NCBI GenBank assembly: GCA_964016885.1
Contig: OZ024741.1
Span: forward strand, 290,780,001 to 290,844,000
Reading direction: 5' to 3'
From: Eledone cirrhosa
Taxonomy: Eukaryota
Length of the DNA: 64,000 bases
Shown here: positions 55,724 through 64,000 of the stretch, piece after piece
Position numbering within the stretch: the stretch's first letter is position 1
How the letters are laid out: each line of letters opens with the position of its first letter
Program-made: the position numbers and the translations under genes
The notes under the pieces: generated by a model
What the model was told of the DNA's origin: nothing
Seen by the model: the letters and a program-made list of their open reading frames with translations, nothing else
The model's database searches: none

Positions 55724-55803
55724 AGTAGTGACGCGCGTTTCGCTCAAGGTTTGATCTGTACCGATCTGGTCCGACTCTGGTACCAAAAGCTCGTCGGACT
55801 TCT
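55724..55803 (-). ncRNA. Hammerhead-like motif with CCGACGA core and long helix II insert (family E)
   Basis: Minus strand AGAAGT-CCGACGA-GCT...(about 45 nt)...AGC-GAAAC GCGC GTC-ACTACT, with palindromic helix III ACGCGCGT. Confidence 0.6.
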
Positions 55804-55944
55804 GTTGAGGTAATGTTATTACCAAAACAGAATCCGACGAGCTTTTGATTCCAGAGTCGAGTCAGCTCGATACAGATTGAACCTTGAACTGCTTAACTAT
55901 AATAAAGAAAGGAGTGCGGGACTGAGTCCAGAATATATATTTTT

Positions 55945-56378
55945 TACCCCGTTTGTAAAATAACTTGGATTATTTTGAATAAATAATGAATGAATATTAC
56001 ATAATTTATGAGCTTTTGATTAAATATATTTTATAGCTTATTTAAAGATTCACTTTTTTAACATGTTCAAATAAAAACACTTCCGGTTAGCGGCCGTTAT
56101 ATTATAACACTTATAAAAATATCGCATATATTTCCGTCGCTAATTTTCTCCTAATGTAGTTTATATATAATATCGTCTTTTTTAAAATGTATCATGGATT
56201 ACTTTACTGATTACATAAGACAGTGTAACACAGACATCGTTCAATTTCTGTGTATATTGTCAATTACGACTTTATTTGATGTATCATATCTACATGCATA
56301 TATATTTGTGTATAATATCAATATACACACTACACATGCTAGCAGAAAACCACACGAAGGGTGGTTTTTCTGCTAGTA
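55945..56378 (+). repeat. About 430-bp AT-rich dispersed repeat with Helitron-like 3' end; copies at 47380-47830 (-), 52785-53112 (+) and a fragment at 62730-62775
   Basis: Shared CTTCCGGTTAGC...TATATAATATCGTCTTTTTTAA..GTATCATGGATTA...ACACATGCTAG. Terminal hairpin AGAAAACCAC/GTGGTTTTTCT followed by CTAGT. Confidence 0.7.
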
Positions 56379-56417
56379 AATGTAATGAAAACATAACAAA
56401 TGAGGGTTATTGCTAGT

Positions 56418-56495
<78 letters not shown>

Positions 56496-56846
56496 GGTTA
56501 TGCACGAGTGCATTAAGGTTTTCCAGGACACAGTGTTATGTACCATGTAGGGGAAGGTCAGCTTACAACAGAGTGGTGCTCAACGAAATGCAGAAAATAG
56601 GTGTATATTCCAGTTTAGCTATACTCCGGGGCGTGTATAAAGAATCAAAAAGAACAAAGATGCAGTAAATGAGATTTATTCGGTTCTAACGTACGTTTCA
56701 ATAAACATCAATTTGCCTAGATCTCGCTGCATCTATAATATTATATAGTTAGTAGAGCATTCGACATCCAATTCCCAATCGATTCCATATCATCAGAGAT
56801 TATATATATATATATGTGTGTGTGTGTATGTATATATGAATATATG

Positions 56847-56878
<32 letters not shown>

Positions 56879-56886
56879 TATATATA

Positions 56887-57099
56887 AAAAAAAGATGAAA
56901 TCGAAAATGCAACTGGAGTCTTATTTAAAAAAAATATATATATTTATTTGGTTCCTTTACTGGTCTTGCAGTTATTCTGCTTGTCAAAAGTAATACTTTT
57001 GAAAGGCAGAAGAACTACGAAACCGGTAAAAAAACAAACAAATATATATATCTTTTTTAAAATAAGACTCCAGTTGCATTTTCGATTTCATCTTTTTTT
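56887..57099. repeat. Palindrome with arms of about 105 bp (family F) in (TA)n
   Basis: AAAAAAGATGAAATCGAAAATGCAACTGGAGTCTTATTT / AAATAAGACTCCAGTTGCATTTTCGATTTCATCTTTTTT. Confidence 0.9.
56996..57031 (+). ncRNA. Minimal hammerhead-like motif with U3/A8 core (family F), mirrored at 56955-56990 (-)
   Basis: TT-TTGAAAG-GCAG aagaa CTAC-GAAAC CG GTA-AA; the mirror copy reads CTT-TTGACAA-GCAG aataa CTGC-AAGAC CA GTA-AAG. Confidence 0.5.
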
Positions 57100-57174
57100 C
57101 TTTATACTTTCCCTCGTGTAGGACACCTCGGTTACTTTTCATTTTGTAAAAAAAACCTCACTTTCCAGTATATA

Positions 57175-57250
<76 letters not shown>

Positions 57251-57509
57251 ATATATATATATATTAGAGAGAATGTCTGTGTCCCTGTCTGTCTGTCAGC
57301 TCACTAAAACTCGAGAATAACCCAACCGATTGTTTTCAAACTTTACACATGTAATACTTATGGTCCTGTGAGTGTTTTGAGAAAAAGAATCTCAAATTTT
57401 CAATGCATAGATACACCAGATAGAAAAATACGTACAGCAAAAAGACGTTCTCTGGCAATGAACGAAAAAAACGAAGATAATACGTCATAAGTGGAGCGTG
57501 GAGAACAAT

Positions 57510-58698
57510 TGCAACAGCGATTCTGCGGAGGTTACTGATCTTATCGGCCTTTTCCTTCTTTTCTCTATCAAGGACGAATTTCCCAACGCAGGCGGTGGTT
57601 TGTACCGTGATGATAGTCTTTTGACCATGACTAAGTGCGGACCTCGTGCTTGCGACAGGTTCAGAAAAGAACTCACAGCCTTCTTTAAAAGGCTTCACCC
57701 TCTCTATACAGGTTGAGGCTAATCTCTCGGTCGTTAATTACCTCGACGTTACCCTCAATTTATCGAATGGGTTGTATTACCCGTATAGAAAGCCGAATGA
57801 TACGCTTAATTACATAAGTAAGCATTCCAACCATCCTGCCAGCATAACCAAGAACCTGGTAAGAAACGTTTCGTTGAGGCTTTCCCGTCTATCTACTAAC
57901 GAGCGTATTTTCAACGACCATTCCACTTATTACAATGAAGCTCTTGCTCGGAGTGGATTTGTCGATAAGGTAGCATATACAGAGTACGAAAATAGACCTA
58001 GAAGAAATAGATCCCGTCGCATTTGTTGGTATAACCCACCATATAATATGGAGGTGGCCACACCATTAGCTAAGATCTTTCTTTCCCTTTTTATGAAGCA
58101 TTTTCCCCCTACACATAAATATAGTAAAGTTTTTAATAGAAATACTATTAAAATTTCTTACTCTACGACGCCTAACCTTGCACATAATATCACAGCTTCA
58201 AATTTAGCTAAACTACCTAGCCGTAGGAACACGTGCAACCCTGTAGTTAGTACTAACTGTAATTGTAGGAATCGGGTTGATTGCCCCCTATCCGGGAAAT
58301 GCCTCTCTAGTAACATTGTCTACAAATGTAAGGTTGAAACACCCACGTCCCGTAGGGCCTACTTAGGGTTTACCGCCAATAGATTCAAGCAGCGTCTTTA
58401 CATGCATATCCATTCTTTTCGTTACCCTGTAAGAAGGAATATGACGTCACTTTCAGCTTATATCTGGAGTCTAAAAGACAACCACACCCAATATAAGTTA
58501 CACTGGGAGATCCTAGCTAGGGCTAAATCGTATAACGGAAATAAAAGACCATGTGACCTCTGCGCCGCTGAGGCCCTGGAAATACTCTACGCCACAGACC
58601 ACATCTTAAACAAAAAATCTGAGGCAATTTCGGCTTGTAAACATAAATTGCACAAAACTTTCCTGTATTACAGCCCCACGTTATACCCTAACGGATAG
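57510..58698 (+). mobile_element. Penelope-like element, probably Hydra clade: RT C-terminal half plus GIY-YIG endonuclease, 5'-truncated
   Basis: DSAEVTDLIGLFLL, LYRDD, NYLDVTL, YRKPND..SNHP; linker CNCRNRVDCPLSGKC (CxCx5Cx5C); IVY..YLG..FKQRLYMH; C-terminal CDLC..E..LN. One frameshift near 57690. Confidence 0.88.
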
Positions 58699-58709
58699 TA
58701 CGATCTATA

Positions 58710-59147
58710 TATGACGTATTATCTTTGTTTTTTTCGTTCATTGCCAGAGAATGTCTCTATGAACCACCTAAGAGAACATTAGTCTACGACATCTTTTATA
58801 CCATAAACGTGGATCTGTCTTTGCGCGTAATTGTTTTTCACCGCTCCTATTAATGACGTATTATATTCGTTTTTCCCCGTTCTTTGCCAAGGAACGTTTC
58901 GACGAACCAAAGTATCGTCTTCCTGTCTTCCTCCGGTTGCAACGTTTTTTGAAATATCCACTTCTGCGTTTACAGATTGACTTTGTTAGTTTCAGAAGAT
59001 CCCGTTAAGGGTGAAAGCAGCGATTCTTTGCTTAAACTTTAATCTGTTATTTTAATAAATATTTGCTCTACGGTTCTTATATATTTGATATATATTTATC
59101 TTTATCGAGCCCTCTTTGGATTTTAGTCTTCAAATTTATTATTATTA

Positions 59148-59150
<3 letters not shown>
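58710..59150 (+). repeat. Family B terminal repeat (PLE pseudo-LTR-like), ending ATTATTACTA-(TA)n; about 12 full or partial copies in the window
   Basis: Copies or fragments at 3643-3850, 22321-22368, 25038-25232, 28331-28380, 29515-29755, 34905-35030, 37151-37510, 38895-39103, 44548-44610, 57443-57510 and 62860-62980. Confidence 0.8.
58988..59038 (+). ncRNA. Hammerhead-like motif with variant core (family B); also 3779-3829 (+), 37261-37311 (-), 39036-39086 (+), 44548-44596 (+), 62908-62958 (+)
   Basis: AGTTT-CAGAAGA-T CCC GTTAA GGG T-GAA-AGCA gcgattctt TGCT-T-AAACT. All three helices form. U4>A, U-U at 10.1/11.1, CUU triplet. Confidence 0.6.
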
Positions 59151-59198
<48 letters not shown>

Positions 59199-60874
59199 TG
59201 TGTGTGTGTGTGTTTATGTGTGTATATATGTATGTATATATGTATATATGCATGTATGTATATATATGCACAGGTTTATTATAACTGCCTATATATTTAG
59301 ATAGACATTGAATTGGTAGTGAAGTTAAAACGTCGGGTTGAACATTTCCGGTATTTCTTCTTACTCTCTGCCCTATGTATTACAAACCCATCTTAGAGGA
59401 CTTTGCTTTTCATACATTTGAGATAGATAAAAATGTACCTGTACCCTATTGTGGCTGATTCTTCTACATCTAAATTCCTCTACATCACTGTGTTCAGACA
59501 TTGAAGGACACTATGTCACCGCTACTACTGTACCATGAGGTATGAGTCCAAGCATAAATATAGGGCATTTGAAACGAGGATCAGCTCTTTAAAATAGAGA
59601 ATAAGATGAAACAGTTAGAGCAGTTGCGCTACACGTTTGTCCAGTGAAGGATGCTTGTGTAGCAGCCCTCTGGTATACGAGGGAGAAAACCTGTGTTAAT
59701 GGCTAGGCCTCTTTCCGCAACAATACCTACATGTTGTCAGCGTAGAGCTAACAACAACAAAAATAAAACATCGCGGAATGGGTTCTACATGGACCTCCAG
59801 GTTAAAGTGATGACTGACGCATGAAAAGCTTTCCCTAAGTTATTACACATTAAATGCGTGAGATGGTCAATAATATTGTGTGTGATGGATAGAATGTCTA
59901 GATGTCCTGCGTATTGTAGTAAAAGTAACGAAAGTATGAGTATTGCTTATGAAGTGGTTTATGTTTCCTTAAAATTCCTGAATTTTACGGCGATCAAAAA
60001 GGTGAACCCTGGCTTATTTAAAATATTGTAAACCCTAAAACAGAACGGATCATGTACTAATTGAACAGGGAACGCTGTCGACTTTCTATTGGTATAGGTG
60101 GTTTATAAAGAGCAAATCCGATTTCTATCGACAGCTGAAGGACGGCAGCTCAGAGAATGTGGGGCACCTCATGGCTGAAATTGCACACGAACAATTTCTG
60201 AGACGCCAGTTTATGGATATTGATTCAAGTGGAATGTTGTCAGTCTTGTGAGGTGACATGATTTGACTTAGGCAACAACATGAGTTGCACATATTTGTTT
60301 TTATTTACATGTTTTGTTGCAAATTGTTGCAAACCTGTCTTAATATATTGTATTAACATATTGAGCTTCTCGCCGTCTTTCACATATCTTTACATCACCA
60401 CACGGTCTGTAAATCCTATTATATGATATATTTCATACACTGTGTATGGATTCATATAGCTAATAACAGAATCATTCGAACAACGGACAAAATGCCTAGT
60501 GTGGCATGAGTTTGATTTCAAATAGCGTCAAAGTCAGCTTTCCCATTAATCCTTCCGACATCAACAAAACAAACTCCAATCGTTGGTTCGAGTCGATCTA
60601 ATCGATTAACCCGCTTTCTTTTCCTAAAATTTGTTTTTCTTTCGTCTATATTTGAAAACCATTATTTTCGTATTTAAGGTGTTATAAGGGCGGTTAAAGA
60701 GTCAAAATGCTTTGCAATATTTGTTCTGGCTGTCCACACTCTGAGTTCAAAACCCGCCATGGTCAACTTGGCCTTTTATCATTTCGAGTTAAAATAAGGT
60801 ACTGTGGTCGATATAATACTTTTTCTCCCACTTTCTCTAAATTTCGGGTCTTGTGCCTCTGTTAGAAATCTGAA

Positions 60875-61052
60875 TTGGCAGTATCGGTAGAGGGTCGGAC
60901 ATGCTTTCCAGCATAGTTACGTCCCTTTACGATCTGAGTTCAAATCCCGCCGAGGTTAACTTTGCCTTTCATCCATACGGGGTCGATAACATAAAGTACC
61001 AGTAATGTACTGGTAATTTGCTGGCCTTGTGCCACAAGTAGAAACAATTATT
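60875..61052 (+). mobile_element. SINE family 1 (preceded by an older copy at about 60680-60870)
   Basis: A box, B box, body and tail. Confidence 0.85.
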
Positions 61053-61588
61053 TTAGGTGTTGTTCTACACACGACAGACACATAATGACAAAAAAGAAAA
61101 AAATGGACGACGAAGAGGTGGAAAACGTAGAAAACGTGTAAACAAGAATGCCAACAACAACAGCAACAACGACAACAATAATAAAGACGACGATGTATTT
61201 GAGAGAAGTAAAGGGCTACGAATTGACGAAGCTAGCTGCGACTTTTCTCTCCGCCTTCCTATAATTTCCATATTGTTTATAAATGATTTTATTTCAGAAA
61301 AGTTTGTTGAGGCATGAACATACATTCATTATTTATTTATTTATCTATTTCTCTGAAATGGTTGGCTGCCTTTCGTGTTACACATTTCTCTTTATTTATG
61401 TGATGGGAATGGGTGGAGGATGGTTTTCGTCTAGGTTACTGTGCTTCCCCTTCCTTAACCACTCCCGGTTGCCATTCTTCTCTATCTATCCGTATTTCTT
61501 TCATATTTTCTTGGCTTGTTTAACTACACCTTTCAGAATTAGTATATATATACATATATATATACATATATATATATACATATACATA

Positions 61589-61663
<75 letters not shown>

Positions 61664-61812
61664 ATATATATATATATATATGTTTGTATGTATGTATACA
61701 TGTATGCATGCATGTATGAATGTGTGTCTCTCTCTCTCTCTATATATATATATAAATATATATATGTTTGTATGTATGTATACATGTATACATGTATGCA
61801 TGTATGTATGAA

Positions 61813-61864
<52 letters not shown>

Positions 61865-62001
61865 TGCCTATCTATTTATATACATATATACAAGCACACA
61901 AACACCCGTATGTATTTATATATATTAATATATATATACACCCCTACACAGAAATCATTCAACCCAATTGTTCTTTAATATTTCTACTCACCTACATTTA
62001 T

Positions 62002-62042
<41 letters not shown>

Positions 62043-62335
62043 AAACTCTATCATCACTGCTATTGCTACTACCTTCACTGCATGCATTAACACCACGACC
62101 ACCCCGATGATCACGATAACCAGCAATACTACCACAACACTTAGTGTTTACCACCACCGTTACCACTACACTCAGCATGAAAATCTATTATTTCAATTTC
62201 ATCATCAATCGTCGACAGAAGCCACTGCTCAACAAGTAATATCTCACTCTTTACAAGACATCATACACACACGCCCACTCATACACACATGTATATGTGT
62301 TTATATATATGTGTGTGTGTATACATAAATGGACA

Positions 62336-62402
<67 letters not shown>

Positions 62403-62548
62403 TATAAAGCTGACGGCCGTATGTAGGTAACAGACTTTCAGCCAAACGGCTGGACCAAATAGCACCAAATTTGCATAGATGTAACTTTTTCCAAGTAAAA
62501 AAGTGACGGTATTTTTATCTAGTGAATTTTGTTAAAAGATTCAAGACA

Positions 62549-62729
62549 CAGTATTGGTAGAGGGTCGGACGCCATGCTTTGACACATAGAGTTATGGCCC
62601 TTGCCATTCTGAGTTCAAATCCCAACGAGGTTAACTTTGCCTTTCATCCTTACGGGGTCGATAAAAATAAAGTACCAGTGATACACTGCGTAATTTGCTG
62701 GCCTTGTGCCAAAAGTAGAAACAATTATT
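62549..62729 (+). mobile_element. SINE family 1
   Basis: A-box region, B box, body and tail. Confidence 0.85.
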
Positions 62730-63019
62730 TAAATATTCACTTCTTTAAAATTTAAAATGTCAACACTTCCGGTTATACGTCATTCCTCACTTGTTCTTAT
62801 GACGTCGCACACCATTCCCCTCTTTTTCTTAGTCTGTATGTCTGACTGTCTTCATTAGATGACGTTTTTCGAAATATTTACTTCTGCGTTCTCAGACTGA
62901 TTTTTTTAGTTTCAGAAGATCCTGTTAAGGGTGAAAGCAGCGATTCTTTGCTTAAACGTTAATCAGTTATTTTAATATAATTTTTGCATACACAAAAACA
63001 AAAACCTATTTATTTTACG

Positions 63020-63470
63020 AAAGCACAGCCAGCTTATCATCATTGTTACTGTTCAAGGTTAGAGGACCACAGTCTTTCCAAGATCTGAGAACATCCATGG
63101 CCATCAATGTTCCACTTACCGTTTGGCTTGCCAGAAGTGTGGTATGTTACACGATGCCAGCCATTGGGACATCACCCTGCAAGAGGCAGCAACTGCTAAA
63201 GTCCCTTCTCAGCTGCGAAAACCTTCTTGCAATGTGGAACAGCCACCGCAAAATTCTAGCTGAGAACATCCTCCACTGCACACGCAGACATAATCCGAAT
63301 GTAACATACGATGTCGTTTTCAATGAGGCGCTCATTTGTCTTGAAAACGGTGTCCTGGAGATTGGTGGTAGGCCTCTAAGTCACTACAGCATACCTGCTT
63401 CTGACAGGAGTGTCCAGAGGTCAACGTCTACAGAGCTTCTCCGCGAAACGAGCTACGAAATTAGTGATTC
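63020..63470 (+). mobile_element. Helitron RepHel coding fragment (Rep-helicase linker)
   Basis: LLLFKVRGPQSFQDLRT, then after a frameshift GHQCSTYRLACQKCGMLHDASHWDITLQEAA, then FNEALICLE..GGRPLSHYSIP. This fits the RGPTSF..LRTV..TYREAC..GLL.DD..W region of Helitrons. Confidence 0.8.
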
Positions 63471-63889
63471 TCCCCTGGTCAATTGTATGTAGGATGCTCT
63501 GGGGTTAGCTCGCCAAACAATCACTTCAACTTTGCTCCGGAGGGCCGAACAAAAATATTGTAATCTCTGAGGCTCTAACAATGTAATTTAAATATTTTCT
63601 GTTACTTGGAACTTCCATTGTGGTTGTACAAATTATTATTTGTTAAAAAAGTTGTTCTCTGTTCAGCCTTTATTGTTGTAACTATCAATTTTCTTTAACG
63701 TACTGGCTGCTGAGCTGGGGAATCCTAAAAACTATTCAAACCCAACATCAGAGCACGTTAACCCCCCCCCCCCCCTGCCCCTAGCAGACTTGAGAGGGCG
63801 TGCGGTATCTTTGCACTATAGTGTAGAGGGATTACTGAAAAGATAAAATGCCGGTATACCTAGACGGGCGCCAGCCGGACGGGTCAGTA

Positions 63890-63932
<43 letters not shown>

Positions 63933-64000
63933 CTACCAGAATGGCCCGGCGTCGTTGCTCGGGCTTCTAAACATAGATTGGCATGTTTATCCCTTCTTTC

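Noticed and set aside
57510-58698. Assignment to Naiad/Chlamys PLEs or a selenoprotein PLE
   Set aside because: The endonuclease is C-terminal and there is no in-frame TGA; the layout fits the Hydra clade better.
60134-60254. AG...GT-bounded stretch as a possible host exon
   Set aside because: No recognisable peptide and weak splice signals; needs RNA-seq.

Overview
AT-rich, microsatellite-saturated eukaryotic DNA. I recognised no host exon, so it is probably intronic or intergenic. The repeat complement resembles a coleoid cephalopod such as Octopus (inference only). Recognisable content: (1) a near-full-length, GC-rich CRE-clade non-LTR retrotransposon with a PHD-like finger, RT and restriction-like endonuclease (about 31.8-34.9 kb); (2) Tx1/L1-clade LINE copies sitting inside (TCTA)n tracts, plus older Tx1 relics; (3) a Hydra-type Penelope-like element (PLE) ORF with RT C-terminus and GIY-YIG (57.5-58.7 kb) and other PLE relics; (4) RTE, mariner and Helitron relics; (5) more than 15 copies of a tRNA-derived SINE. 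The most striking unexplained structure is a set of at least six families of short, often fold-back (palindromic) elements in or beside (TA)n tracts. Each carries a hammerhead-ribozyme fold, and several have non-canonical cores (CAGAAGA, CCGACGA, UUGAMAR, U-U at the base of helix II). All folds and alignments were done by eye and boundaries are approximate.
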